This document shows, in pieces, positions 17,913 through 27,690 of a stretch of DNA of 64,000 bases. The DNA is from an uncultured Candidatus Entotheonella sp. (GTDB lineage: Bacteria; Tectomicrobia; Entotheonellia; Entotheonellales; Entotheonellaceae). The DNA lies in assembly GCA_965217185.1 (NCBI GenBank), contig OZ244252.1:1760001-1824000 (forward strand), read 5' to 3'. A model generated the notes under the pieces. That model saw only the letters and a list, made by a program, of their open reading frames with translations, was not told the DNA's origin and searched no databases. The position numbers and the translations under genes are program-made. Position 1 is the first letter of the stretch. Every line of letters starts with the position of its first letter.

Positions 17913-20730
17913 GCCCGGATACCAGTTCCGGCTCACCACACAGCGACAGAACCCGCTCACGGACGGCGACGCGCAACGCAGCAGCGGCAGCCAAATCATT
18001 TCCTGACGGCACGATCGGCTCGCCAATCAGAACCCGCAGGGCGCCGCGGCGCGGAAACCATTGATCGGAGCGGAGAACGGACCGGGTGCCCCGAATGCCC
18101 ACGGGGACGACCGGTACGTCTGCCTGCGCTGCGACCACAAAGGCACCCATGCGGAACGGCTGCAAACCCGGCATGCGCGTCAGAGTACCCTCTGGAAAAA
18201 AGACAACGGATCGACCCTGCCGCACCACTTGCAGCAAACGATCGGTATCCTCGACACCACGCTGAATGTCGAAACGCTCCACGAACTCGGCGCCGAGGCG
18301 CTTGAGCAGCACACGCGCAAAGAATTGACCGGCCAGTTCGCGTTTGACCACGTAGCACGCCTCGCCCGGAATGACCGACATGAGAACAAACCCGTCCAGA
18401 TAGCTGGCGTGATTGGCGACGATCACGAAAGGACCCGGCCCGTCGAGATGGTGAACGCCCTCTACCCGAAGAGGGAGGCCCAGGAGCCGTCGCATGAGGC
18501 CGGCTGCGAACCGCGCCAGGGTGTGGCGCCAGGATAAATTGGGTGTAACGATCAGCAGTTTCCAAACAACGAGCAGGCACAAACCGGCCAGGGTCCAAAA
18601 ATATCCGACATACAGAACGTTCCCCGCGCTCCGGGCGAAGCGGCGTAGCTGAGACAACAGGCCACCAATCGTGAGGCGCACCAGTTGCCACCAGACGGCG
18701 CGCGGCCGCCTGCCCAGCAAGCCCTGCTCGTAGCGCTCCCGACTGGCGCCACGGCGCAGCTTGCCGCTGGAGGTTTTGAGCACGCTGCCGGGCGGGGCCA
18801 ACACAACATCGTCTGGCGGCGTGCCCAACAAGTCGGTGACGATGCCGTTGATCTGGCTACGCAACGCCTCGAGTTTGGCGGGTGCCGTTTCGCGCGTTTC
18901 CGAGAGCACGATCAGCCGCTCGGTGCCGGTAGCGGTGTCCGTGCTGCCGAAGACGGCGCTGCAACCGCGCCGCAGGCCCGGCACCCCGTTCAGGGCTTCT
19001 TCGACTTCCTGCGGATAGATATTGCGCCCGGCGCGAATAATCATGTCTTTGGCGCGGCCCGTCAAATACACCATGCCTTCGGCAATATATGCCATGTCGC
19101 CGGAATCCAGCCAGTCCCCACTGAACAGGCCCTTGGTCGCTTCGGGGTTGCGATAGTAGCCCTGCGTGGTCGAGGGCCCGCGGAACTCCAGTCGGCCTTC
19201 TCGGCGCTCGCCTGCCTCGTATCCCATGGCATCGACAATGCGAATCTGATAGCCCGGCAGCGGCTGGCCGCTGGCAACGACGTGCAGCGCGGTGGAGTCG
19301 TCCGCATCCACGGGCACGGCTTGGCCGCTGCGCATGAGCGTCTCGCGGTTGATGTGATCCACTTGTGGCAGGCTGTCCGTCGGCGGAAAGGCCAGACCAA
19401 GCGAGACCTCAGCCAGACCGTACACCGGCTTCATGGCCTGCGGTCGGAAGCCGTACGCCGCAAAGCGCTCGCTGAAGCGGGTCATGGTGTGAGCACTGAC
19501 GGGTTCGGCGCCGTTAAAGGCGTAGCGCCAGGAACTCAGGTCCAGGCCCTCGAGGTCGGCTTTGGCAATGCGGCTGACGCACAATTCATATGCGAAGTTT
19601 GGACCTGCCGAGATGGTGCCACGGTGCCTGTGGATGGCCCACAGCCAGCGCGCCGGCCGCGCCAGAAACGTCAGAGGTGACATCAGGACCAACGGGCAGG
19701 CGAAGTACAGGCTGCCGAGCCAGGCGCCGATCAAGCCCATGTCGTGGTAGAGCGGCAGCCAGCTTACGAACACGTCCGTCGATTGGATGCCCACCACTTG
19801 CCCCATAACCCGGATATTGGCCAGTAGATTGTCGTGCGTGAGGATCACCCCCTTGGGGTTGCCGGTGCTGCCGGAGGTGTATTGCAAGAAGGCGATGTCA
19901 TGCGGGCGAGCGGGGTAACGGTTCAGGCTTTCGCCGCTGTGCGACAATGCCTCGACCGTGAGCACACTGTGCAGGCTGTGGATCTGCGCCCGCAGCAACC
20001 GCGCCAGCGATTGGGCTTCCGAAACCGTAATCAAGGCGACGATGCCGGCGTTGGCAAGAATGCGAATCTGGCGACGGAGGTGATCCTCGATCTGCGACAG
20101 GCGGGCGGGTGGATAGATGGGAACCGGAATGCCGCCGGCGAGCAGAATGCCGAAAAACGCCGCGAAGAATTCTCTGCCAGTCGGCAGCATCAACGCCACC
20201 GTTTGTTGGGGCTGCAGGCCGCGTGCCTGCAAACCGGCAGCGACCGCCTCGGCCCCACGCTGTAAGTCAGCATACGTGATCGCTTCGGCTTGGTCGCCGT
20301 CACCGATCAGCGTGATATGCGGCCGCTCGGAATGATGCTGGACGTGCCACGACAAAGCGTCAATCAGCGTGCCGGCCGCGTCTGGCGTCTCGCCGGTGGC
20401 TTGCGACTCGGGATATGGAACGGCTGCCACGGCCTCAGTCTGTTCAGTTGGACTGGCCCTGCGCAGGGCATGCAACAGATGACGCGGCACTTCGGCGTTG
20501 GCAACGTCCTGCTCCGGCAGATGCACGCCAAACGCCTGCTCTAAGCGGTGCAGAAGTTCCATGCGTTCCAGGCTGTCGAAGCCGAGGTCGCGGTCCAAAA
20601 GGCTGTCGAGGGTAACCGAGGCAGGGTTGGAGCGATGCGGATGTAATTCGGACATGAGTTGCCGAACGGTACCGAGCAACACCTCGGCGGGCTGCTGCGT
20701 AACGGGCGATTCCGGCAGACCGCTGGGCAT
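17905..20730 (-). CDS. Trimodular ACP / fatty acyl-AMP ligase / PlsC-type acyltransferase
   Basis: ACP motif LGFDSLERMELL; adenylation motifs YTSGSTGNPKG, WLPLYHDMGLIG, YGLAE and KTSSGK; acyltransferase motifs NHASYLD and FFPEGT. ATG 20730 overlaps the folD stop (TAATG). Confidence 0.88.
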   Translation of the reverse strand: MPSGLPESPVTQQPAEVLLGTVRQLMSELHPHRSNPASVTLDSLLDRDLGFDSLERMELLHRLEQAFGVHLPEQDVANAEVPRHLLHALRRASPTEQTEAVAAVPYPESQATGETPDAAGTLIDALSWHVQHHSERPHITLIGDGDQAEAITYADLQRGAEAVAAGLQARGLQPQQTVALMLPTGREFFAAFFGILLAGGIPVPIYPPARLSQIEDHLRRQIRILANAGIVALITVSEAQSLARLLRAQIHSLHSVLTVEALSHSGESLNRYPARPHDIAFLQYTSGSTGNPKGVILTHDNLLANIRVMGQVVGIQSTDVFVSWLPLYHDMGLIGAWLGSLYFACPLVLMSPLTFLARPARWLWAIHRHRGTISAGPNFAYELCVSRIAKADLEGLDLSSWRYAFNGAEPVSAHTMTRFSERFAAYGFRPQAMKPVYGLAEVSLGLAFPPTDSLPQVDHINRETLMRSGQAVPVDADDSTALHVVASGQPLPGYQIRIVDAMGYEAGERREGRLEFRGPSTTQGYYRNPEATKGLFSGDWLDSGDMAYIAEGMVYLTGRAKDMIIRAGRNIYPQEVEEALNGVPGLRRGCSAVFGSTDTATGTERLIVLSETRETAPAKLEALRSQINGIVTDLLGTPPDDVVLAPPGSVLKTSSGKLRRGASRERYEQGLLGRRPRAVWWQLVRLTIGGLLSQLRRFARSAGNVLYVGYFWTLAGLCLLVVWKLLIVTPNLSWRHTLARFAAGLMRRLLGLPLRVEGVHHLDGPGPFVIVANHASYLDGFVLMSVIPGEACYVVKRELAGQFFARVLLKRLGAEFVERFDIQRGVEDTDRLLQVVRQGRSVVFFPEGTLTRMPGLQPFRMGAFVVAAQADVPVVPVGIRGTRSVLRSDQWFPRRGALRVLIGEPIVPSGNDLAAAAALRVAVRERVLSLCGEPELVSGQK

Positions 20731-21587
20731 TATGGCGTCCCCGCAGAAAGGGCAGCCTCCGCCGCGGTGAGGGTTTGCGCCATCAGCGTGGTGATGGTCA
20801 TCGGACCAACGCCGCCGGGAACGGGCGTATAGGCAGCGCACCGGTCGATCACGCTGACCAACTCGATATCCCCTATTCCGCCTTGGTGGTAGCCGGCATC
20901 CACAACCACGGCACCCTCCGCGATCCAATCGCCCTTGATGAATTGCGGCTTGCCGACCGCGCCAACCACGAGCTCCGCCTGCCGCATGATGTCGGGCAGG
21001 TGCGTCGTGCGCGAATGGCAAATGGTCACCGTGGCGTGGGCGTTCAACAGCATCATGGCCATCGGTTTTCCCAGGATGGGGCTGCGCCCAACCACGACCG
21101 CCCGCCTGCCCTCGATCCTGATATCGTAGTGCTCCAGAAGCCGCATAATTCCCGCCGGAGTCGCGGAACCGTACGCCCTCTCGCCCATCGCCATGCGGCC
21201 AAAGCCGTGGCATGTCACACCGTCGACATCCTTGTCCGGTCGAATGGCGTCGAAACAGCGTCGTTCGTCGATCTGCGACGGCACCGGGTGTTGGAGCAAA
21301 ATACCGTGGACGTCCGGGTCGGTATTCAAGCTGCCAATTGTGTCAAGGAGTTCCTCGGTGCTGGTCCCCTGCGGCAACTCGACGCGCCGGGACTGCATGC
21401 CAATTCGCCGGCAGGCGTTTCGCTTCATGCGAACGTACACGGCTGAAGCGGGGTCGTCACCCACGAGGATGGTTGCCAGCGTGGGCGCCTTGCCGCCAGT
21501 CTGCGGCAGGAACCCTTGCACCCGGTTGGCAAGCTGGGCTTCCATCTCCTTCGCAAGCCTTTTGCCATCCAGAACGATACCGGACAT
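20730..21587 (-). CDS. folD: Methylenetetrahydrofolate dehydrogenase/cyclohydrolase
   Basis: [14 protein letters not shown] and [11 protein letters not shown] motifs. Confidence 0.97.
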   Translation of the reverse strand: MSGIVLDGKRLAKEMEAQLANRVQGFLPQTGGKAPTLATILVGDDPASAVYVRMKRNACRRIGMQSRRVELPQGTSTEELLDTIGSLNTDPDVHGILLQHPVPSQIDERRCFDAIRPDKDVDGVTCHGFGRMAMGERAYGSATPAGIMRLLEHYDIRIEGRRAVVVGRSPILGKPMAMMLLNAHATVTICHSRTTHLPDIMRQAELVVGAVGKPQFIKGDWIAEGAVVVDAGYHQGGIGDIELVSVIDRCAAYTPVPGGVGPMTITTLMAQTLTAAEAALSAGTP

Positions 21588-21718
21588 TCCCTTTCCTCTG
21601 CGCTATGCGTAAAAACGCTTCTTCCCGCCCTGCACGGTCCCTTCGTGCCCCTGGCAACAGAGCGATTATATCCATTGGCATTTTTCCGCCCAAGGCAACC
21701 ATTGACCAGACCACCGGA

Positions 21719-22345
21719 CTATGACGCAGTAGGAGGAAGGCCATCGTAACTTTCCCACAAGTACCACGTTGCGATGGTGCGATAGGGCGCCCACCTGCGG
21801 GCGTGGCGGTGCATGGTGGACACGGCAGGCATTTTCTTGTAGCCATAAACTCGCTGGATCGCCTTGCGGATACCGAGGTCGCCAACGGGAAATACGTCGA
21901 GGCGGCCCAGGAAAAAGATGAGAAACATTTCCGCCGTCCACACGCCGATGCCTCTGACTTGCGTCAGTTGCCGCGTCACTTCGTCGTCGCTTAACGTGGA
22001 AAGTACCGCGAGTTGAAGGCTCCCGTCGCTGGTCTTGTTCGCCAAATCCTTGAGCGAAGCCTGTTTTTGACGCGACAACCCCAGGCTGCGCAGCGTTTCG
22101 TGCGGGGTGGCAAGAATGTCTGCCGGCGTTAGAACGTCGGAGTCGAACAACGATTCCAGTCGCTCAGTGATGGTACTGGCCGCTCGACCGCTCAATTGCT
22201 GGGAAATAATCGCCCGGCACAGGGTGACAAACGGGTCGGTATCGCCTGGTTCCAGGGTGCACGGGCCACAACGCACCATCAAGTCTCCCAACACCGGATC
22301 GGCGGTGCGCAGATGGGCGATGGCGGTCTCGTAGAAAGCGTTCAT
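21719..22345 (-). CDS. alkA: DNA-3-methyladenine glycosylase II (HhH-GPD)
   Basis: IISQQLS, VRGIGVWTAEM, PVGDLG and WAPYRT motifs. Confidence 0.9.
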   Translation of the reverse strand: MNAFYETAIAHLRTADPVLGDLMVRCGPCTLEPGDTDPFVTLCRAIISQQLSGRAASTITERLESLFDSDVLTPADILATPHETLRSLGLSRQKQASLKDLANKTSDGSLQLAVLSTLSDDEVTRQLTQVRGIGVWTAEMFLIFFLGRLDVFPVGDLGIRKAIQRVYGYKKMPAVSTMHRHARRWAPYRTIATWYLWESYDGLPPTAS

Positions 22346-22484
22346 GGCACGTTCTCGGTGGTTGTTTCGGAGTTCAGGACAACGCTATAATGCCGCCTCT
22401 TGCATGTGAAAACCAGTGGTTATCGGCCAGTGGCCAGCAAGACCAACCATGCTAATCACCGACCCCTTAATGAGGAGGTAAGAC

Positions 22485-23087
22485 GTGTTTGTCAAACGGT
22501 GTGCTTCGCTCGCCCTGGCCCTTGTTCTGACCATGGGTTTTGCGGGCAGCGTCTGGAGTGCGGATACGTACGTGGTGGACGGCGCCCATGCCTACGTCGG
22601 CTTTACCGTCAGCCATTTGGTCATCAACCGGGTCAGGGGCACGTTCAACGACTTCGCCGGCACGATCGTTTACGATGCGGACGACGTCACGAAGTCCTCG
22701 ATGAGCGGCACCATCAACGCCGCCAGCATCGATACGGCGCATCAGAAACGCGACAAGGATTTACGGAGCGACAGCTTCTTCGACGTGGATAAGTACCCAC
22801 AAATTACGTTCGAGACCACTCGCGTGGAAGCGGGCAGTGACTCCCCGATTCTGCACGGTGTCCTGACCATGCACGGCGTTTCCAAAGAGGTGGCGATCCC
22901 GTTTCGCGTTACCGGCATCGTCGAGTTTGCCGGGAAAATACGCCTAGGGTTCGAGGCGCGGCTAGAGCTGAATCGGCAGGACTATGGTCTTTCCTACTCC
23001 AGGCTGATGGATACCGGCGGGTTGGTCGTCGGCAACGAGGTGACTATCGAACTGACGGGGGAAGCGATCAAGACAACCAACAATTGA
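22485..23087 (+). CDS. YceI family secreted lipid/isoprenoid-binding protein
   Basis: Signal peptide; H..VGF.V.H, SIDT...RD..LRS..FFDV.KYP.ITF and LTMHGV motifs. Confidence 0.93.
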   Translation: MFVKRCASLALALVLTMGFAGSVWSADTYVVDGAHAYVGFTVSHLVINRVRGTFNDFAGTIVYDADDVTKSSMSGTINAASIDTAHQKRDKDLRSDSFFDVDKYPQITFETTRVEAGSDSPILHGVLTMHGVSKEVAIPFRVTGIVEFAGKIRLGFEARLELNRQDYGLSYSRLMDTGGLVVGNEVTIELTGEAIKTTNN

Positions 23088-23148
23088 TCAACCCAATCCC
23101 TGCAAGGCATGGCCGAGGTGAGTGAAGATGGTGCTCCCCTCGGCTTTT

Positions 23149-23580
23149 TCATCCCCGCCGCCCCACCATGTAGGCATCGACGATTGCGTACACCCACCAC
23201 AAGGGCGCGATGACCGTGGCCAGAGATGATTGCAGAACCGCAATGGCCGCAACCCAGACGGCGGCCCCGCAAAGCAGGACAAGGCCCTTCACAAATTGTC
23301 CGTTGTAAAACTGTCCCAGTCCACATATGAGCGACAGCGCCGCCGCCAGCCAGGGTCGCCAGACGCCGTGGTGCGCCACAAAGGTCTGGGGGGCAACCTG
23401 GGTCACGTGGGTTGGCGCCCACTCAGCACCCATGAACGCCGTCGGGGGCGGCGCGGCGCCGAGGGCGGAAGACAGCGCCTGCACCACGCCGATGGGCAAC
23501 GCCTCCCCGCAATGCGGACAGGCGTCCGCCATGTCTGCCACGTGCTCGTGACAATGTGGGCAGTGAACATAAATGGCCAC
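23149..23580 (-). CDS. Zinc-ribbon plus TM2-like membrane protein
   Basis: CPHC...CPHCG, then AAALSLICGLGQFYNGQ..KG and IVDAY. Start taken at GTG 23580 (alternative 23634). Confidence 0.7.
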   Translation of the reverse strand: MAIYVHCPHCHEHVADMADACPHCGEALPIGVVQALSSALGAAPPPTAFMGAEWAPTHVTQVAPQTFVAHHGVWRPWLAAALSLICGLGQFYNGQFVKGLVLLCGAAVWVAAIAVLQSSLATVIAPLWWVYAIVDAYMVGRRG

Positions 23581-23650
23581 GCCGGGTTTCTCCCGTCGTC
23601 TGAGGTAGGTGCCCTGCCCCGTCCGCTCGGACACGGCGTCGGGAAGGCTT

Positions 23651-24001
23651 TCAGTGATTTTTCAGGATGGTGTAGGCTTGTCGAATGGCTAACGTCTTGC
23701 GGTGTGCGAGTTGCTGAAACTCGTCACCCAAATGGCTGACACGGTCGGGATGATATTTGAGCAACTGGGCTTTGTAGGCCGCCTGAATCTCTTCCGACGA
23801 CGCACCGGGCTCCACTTCCAGCACCTCCCACGGATCCAGCGGTTTGGCCCTGCCCGTCTCGGCAGCTTCGTCGCGGTCGCCGGTGGCTTGCGAATACGCG
23901 CCGGTGAAGGACGATGCCATGTGGGCGCGCAAACGCCGCACCAGCCAGTAAGTGCCCATGAACATAAGGCTGTAGAGGGCAAAGCGTATCAGCCAAGGCA
24001 T
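23651..24001 (-). CDS. Membrane-anchored J-domain protein (DjlA-like C-terminus)
   Basis: N-terminal TM segment; DPWEVL...AYK...KYHPDRV. Confidence 0.88.
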   Translation of the reverse strand: MPWLIRFALYSLMFMGTYWLVRRLRAHMASSFTGAYSQATGDRDEAAETGRAKPLDPWEVLEVEPGASSEEIQAAYKAQLLKYHPDRVSHLGDEFQQLAHRKTLAIRQAYTILKNH

Positions 24002-24041
24002 GCCGCTGTCCCCTCACCCGTTCGGCGGAATCGTCGGCGGC

Positions 24042-25211
24042 TCAAACCACCACCCCCTCGCCCTGCAAATCGGCAATTTCGGTCTCGCTGTAGCCCAACT
24101 CCATCAACACGTCATAGGTGTGCTCGCCCTGCTCCGGCGTCGGTGTGCGCACGCCGCCGGGCGTACGCGTCAGGGTGACTGGCGTTCCCAGAACCTCGAT
24201 CCCGCCCAGCTTGGGGTGCGACACGTTTTGGGCGATTTGCAGGTGCTGTACCTGCTGGTCAGCAAAAGTCTGGTCGATCGTGTACACCGGCCCACAGGGG
24301 ACGCCGGCGGCGTTGATCCGCTCCACCCATTCGGCAACGGTGCGATCCTTCAGACAGTCGGCGATGATGTCGTTGAGTTCATCCCGGTTCCGTTGCCGTT
24401 GCTGCGGGGAGTTGAAGCGTTCGTCGGTGTAGAGATCGTTACGATCGATCACCTTGCAGAAACGCTCATAAAGGCCCTGGCCTGCGGGGGCAATGTTCAG
24501 ATAGCCGTCCTTGGCCCGAAACGTGTTGGTAGGCACACCGGTTGGGTGGTTGTTGCCGGCCTGCGGCGGCACTTCCTTGCCGATGAGCCAGCGGGTAGCC
24601 TGGAAGTCGAGCATTTGCACCATCGCTTCCAGCAGCGAGGTGTGAATCCATTGCCCCTCGCCGGACTGCTCGCGCTCGTACAGAGCCGTGAGCACGCCCA
24701 TGGCCAGGAACATGCCGGCGGTGAGGTCGGCCACGGGAATGCCAACCCGCACCGGCCCGTTGCCCGGCAGGCCCGTCACGCTCATCAAGCCGCCCAGCCC
24801 TTGGGCGATCTGGTCAACGCCCGGACGGTTGGCGTAGGGCCCGGTCTGGCCGAAGCCAGAAATGCTCGCGTAGATCAGCCGGGGATTGAGCGGGCGGAGA
24901 GTCTCGTAGTCGATCCCCAAGCGGTGCTTGACGCCCGGACGGTAGTTCTCCACCAACACGTCGGCGTCCCGCACCATGCGCTTGAGAATGTTGACGCCGC
25001 TGGCGTGCTTGAGGTTCAGCGTGAGGCTTCGTTTGTTACGGTGCAGGTTCTGGAAGTCGAAATGGTGCCGCCCCAATCCGGCGTGCTGGGCAGGATTTTC
25101 GACCTTCACCACTTGGGCGCCCATGTCGGCGAGGTGCCGCACGCACGTTGGACCGGCACGCGCCCGGGTGAGATCGATAACTTTGATTTTGGACAGGGGA
25201 GGCAGATTCAT
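24042..25211 (-). CDS. Family III CoA-transferase (CaiB/BaiF)
   Basis: LADMGAQVVKVE, RNKRS, ENYRPG, SISGFGQTGP and GEHT motifs. Confidence 0.93.
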   Translation of the reverse strand: MNLPPLSKIKVIDLTRARAGPTCVRHLADMGAQVVKVENPAQHAGLGRHHFDFQNLHRNKRSLTLNLKHASGVNILKRMVRDADVLVENYRPGVKHRLGIDYETLRPLNPRLIYASISGFGQTGPYANRPGVDQIAQGLGGLMSVTGLPGNGPVRVGIPVADLTAGMFLAMGVLTALYEREQSGEGQWIHTSLLEAMVQMLDFQATRWLIGKEVPPQAGNNHPTGVPTNTFRAKDGYLNIAPAGQGLYERFCKVIDRNDLYTDERFNSPQQRQRNRDELNDIIADCLKDRTVAEWVERINAAGVPCGPVYTIDQTFADQQVQHLQIAQNVSHPKLGGIEVLGTPVTLTRTPGGVRTPTPEQGEHTYDVLMELGYSETEIADLQGEGVVV

Positions 25212-25307
25212 ACGCGCGACTCCTTGGTTACGATTGCATGGTGGGGGAAATGGGAGGCGACGGCCGAACTCGCGTATCGTAAGACCCACCCTTCAAAAGT
25301 GTCAAGC

Positions 25308-25754
25308 TCAGCGCCCGGTGCTCCCAAAACCGCCCGCCCTCCGACGGGTGGGTTCGATCTCTTCGGGGCTAACACGACGCAGAGCGACCCGCGGCACAGG
25401 CAGAATCAGAAGCTGCGCCAAGCGCTCGCCAGCCTCCACGTACAGGGTCTGCCGCCGTCGATTCTCGACCAGCAGTTGCACAGAACCACGGTAATCGGCA
25501 TCAATGACCCCGGGATGGACCGACAAACCGCGCTGAAAAACCGAGCTGCGTCCGAAAATCTGGCCGTACCAGCCGTGCGGAATTTGCAGAGCGATCTCCA
25601 GGTCAATCCGGCGCGCCACGCCTGGCGGGAGCGCGTGTTCTTCGGGAATTGCCAGATCGAAGCCGGCGTCGGTAGCGTGCCCCTTCCGCGGCATCCGGGC
25701 GCGCGTCGTCAGACAGACCACGCGAAGCTCTACGGATGTGTCACACGTCGGCAT
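25308..25754 (-). CDS. dut: Trimeric dUTPase
   Basis: Motifs AGFDL, GRSS, GVIDADYRG, ERLAQL and RxxGGFGSTG; start uncertain. Confidence 0.9.
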   Translation of the reverse strand: MPTCDTSVELRVVCLTTRARMPRKGHATDAGFDLAIPEEHALPPGVARRIDLEIALQIPHGWYGQIFGRSSVFQRGLSVHPGVIDADYRGSVQLLVENRRRQTLYVEAGERLAQLLILPVPRVALRRVSPEEIEPTRRRAGGFGSTGR

Positions 25755-25899
25755 GATCGGCCCCTGACAATCGTTTTGCGACACCGCCCGCTGGCCCGGA
25801 ACATCGAACATTGCCCCGGCAGTCAATTCCTGATACAAGACCGTGATGCAACGGGCAGATTGTCCCTGCCCGATCGAGCGATCCGCCCAGGAGTATGCT

Positions 25900-26454
25900 G
25901 TGTATCCCCAAACGGTTATCCTGCAAAACAACATGGAAGTCGAACTGTGGCCGATGACCCCGGACGACGCCCCGGCCCTCCTGGAGTTTTACCGCTCTCT
26001 GTCCCCGGAGGATCTGCTGTACCTGAGAGAGGACGTCACTTCCGCAGCGTCCATGCAGCGCTGGATTGAGGGTATCGAAAGCGAGCAGAGCTGGCACCTG
26101 CTGGCGGGGCATGAAGGGCGGATTATCGCCGACGGCGAGTTGGAGCGGCAGTTTTACGGCTGGTCACAGCACATCGGCGAATTGCGCATCGTCGTTGACC
26201 GGATGTTTCGCAACAGCGGTCTCAGCCGCCTCATCACCAACGAGGTTCTGGCGCAGGCCGTCGATGAGGGGCTGTACAAGGTCATGGTACAAATGACCGT
26301 GGGCCAGCGCTCCGCCACCGGCATGTTCGAGAAGGTCGGCTTTCGCCACGAGGCCGTCCTCAAGGGTCACGCCAAGGATCAGCACGGCGAACTGTGCGAC
26401 TTGGTCATCATGTCCTACTTCACCCGCGATTTCCTGACCCCAGCCCCGGAATAA
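25900..26454 (+). CDS. GNAT family acetyltransferase
   Basis: VVDRMFRNSGL and FEKVGFRHEA motifs; AGGAG RBS before GTG 25900. Confidence 0.85.
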   Translation: MYPQTVILQNNMEVELWPMTPDDAPALLEFYRSLSPEDLLYLREDVTSAASMQRWIEGIESEQSWHLLAGHEGRIIADGELERQFYGWSQHIGELRIVVDRMFRNSGLSRLITNEVLAQAVDEGLYKVMVQMTVGQRSATGMFEKVGFRHEAVLKGHAKDQHGELCDLVIMSYFTRDFLTPAPE

Positions 26455-26484
26455 TCTCTCCCCGCCGTCAGCCGTTCGGCACCG

Positions 26485-27660
26485 TCAAGTCGTGTACAGC
26501 GCGTTGATCCGCACGTATTCTTCCGTCAGATCGCAACCCCACGCCGTGGCTTGGCCGCTGCTCAACCCCAAGTCCACAACGATGCGCACCTCCGGCGCTT
26601 GCAGGTAGGTTTCCAACGCCCCTAAATCCACGTCCTGCGGCTCGCCCATGGCAAACACACACGTGTCGCCGAAAGCCATACGCAGAAGCTCCGGGCGAAT
26701 GTCCGCCTCTTCATGGCACTTGCCGATAGCCATTGCCAAGCGTCCCCAGTTCGGGTCGGCGCCGTGCACCGCGGTCTTGACCAACGGAGAGTTGACAATC
26801 GCCTTGGCGATGCGCTTGGCTTGGGCGTCGTCGCGCGCTGAGGTCACGGCAACTTCGATCAGCTTCGTGGCGCCCTCGCCGTCCCGCGCCACTTCCCTGG
26901 CCAAATGGATGCATACCTCGTCGAGCGCGGCCTGAAAGGCGTCGGGGTCAACCTCCCCTGCCAAGCCATTGGCCATGGCGATGACCGTGTCGCTGGTGCT
27001 GGTGTCGGTGTCCACGCTGATCATGTTGAAGGACTTGTGCACGGACTGTTGCAGCATCGGACGCAGCACCGCCGTCGGCAGAGCCGCGTCGGTGAACACA
27101 AAGGCGAGCATGGTCGCCATGTCCGGCTCGATCATCCCCGCGCCCTTGGCAATACCGGCGAGAACGGCGCCGCCCACCCGCCTGGCGATGCGCTTGGGCC
27201 GGGTGTCCGTGGTCATGATGGCTTCGGCCGCCAGGTCCAAGCCGTCCGGACACATTTCGTTGCGCAACTTCCCCACAATGGCTTGCTGGAACCGGTCCAT
27301 CGGCAGGTGATGGCCGATGACGCCCGTCGAGCTCGGAATGACGTCCTCGGGGCCAATGCCCAGTTCCTCGGCCACCCATCGGCAGGTTGCCCGGGCATCG
27401 CCCACCCCACGCTGGCCGGTAGCGACGTTGGCATTCTTGCTGTTGATGACCAATGTGTGCGCGTGGTCATCGGCCAGATGTTCGCGGCCGACGATGATCG
27501 GCGCACCACAAAACAGGCTTTGGGTGAACATGCCTACTGCGGCAGCCCGCGCCGTGGAGTGGATGACCGTGAAGTCCAGGGTCTCGTCCTTGATGCCGAT
27601 GTTCTTAGCGACGCTCAGGTAGCCCCGGGGCTGAAATGGCAACGGTGGCGCACTCGTCAT
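26485..27660 (-). CDS. argJ: Bifunctional ornithine acetyltransferase / N-acetylglutamate synthase
   Basis: STGVIG, IMTTDT, KGAGMIEPDMATML, DGEGATK, DPNWGR and GCDLTEEYV motifs. Confidence 0.96.
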   Translation of the reverse strand: MTSAPPLPFQPRGYLSVAKNIGIKDETLDFTVIHSTARAAAVGMFTQSLFCGAPIIVGREHLADDHAHTLVINSKNANVATGQRGVGDARATCRWVAEELGIGPEDVIPSSTGVIGHHLPMDRFQQAIVGKLRNEMCPDGLDLAAEAIMTTDTRPKRIARRVGGAVLAGIAKGAGMIEPDMATMLAFVFTDAALPTAVLRPMLQQSVHKSFNMISVDTDTSTSDTVIAMANGLAGEVDPDAFQAALDEVCIHLAREVARDGEGATKLIEVAVTSARDDAQAKRIAKAIVNSPLVKTAVHGADPNWGRLAMAIGKCHEEADIRPELLRMAFGDTCVFAMGEPQDVDLGALETYLQAPEVRIVVDLGLSSGQATAWGCDLTEEYVRINALYTT

Positions 27661-27690
27661 TAACGTTCTCTCCTGACACATGTCCTCGGA

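Noticed and set aside
20731..21213. N-terminal 161 aa of the 1102-aa ORF 17905..21213
   Set aside because: It overlaps folD in another frame; the real start is the coupled ATG at 20730.
24000..26069. 689-aa plus-strand ORF, and similar long antisense ORFs such as 31022..33268, 43603..45177 and 50289..51749
   Set aside because: These are shadow ORFs opposite well-supported genes in high-GC DNA and carry no recognisable motifs.
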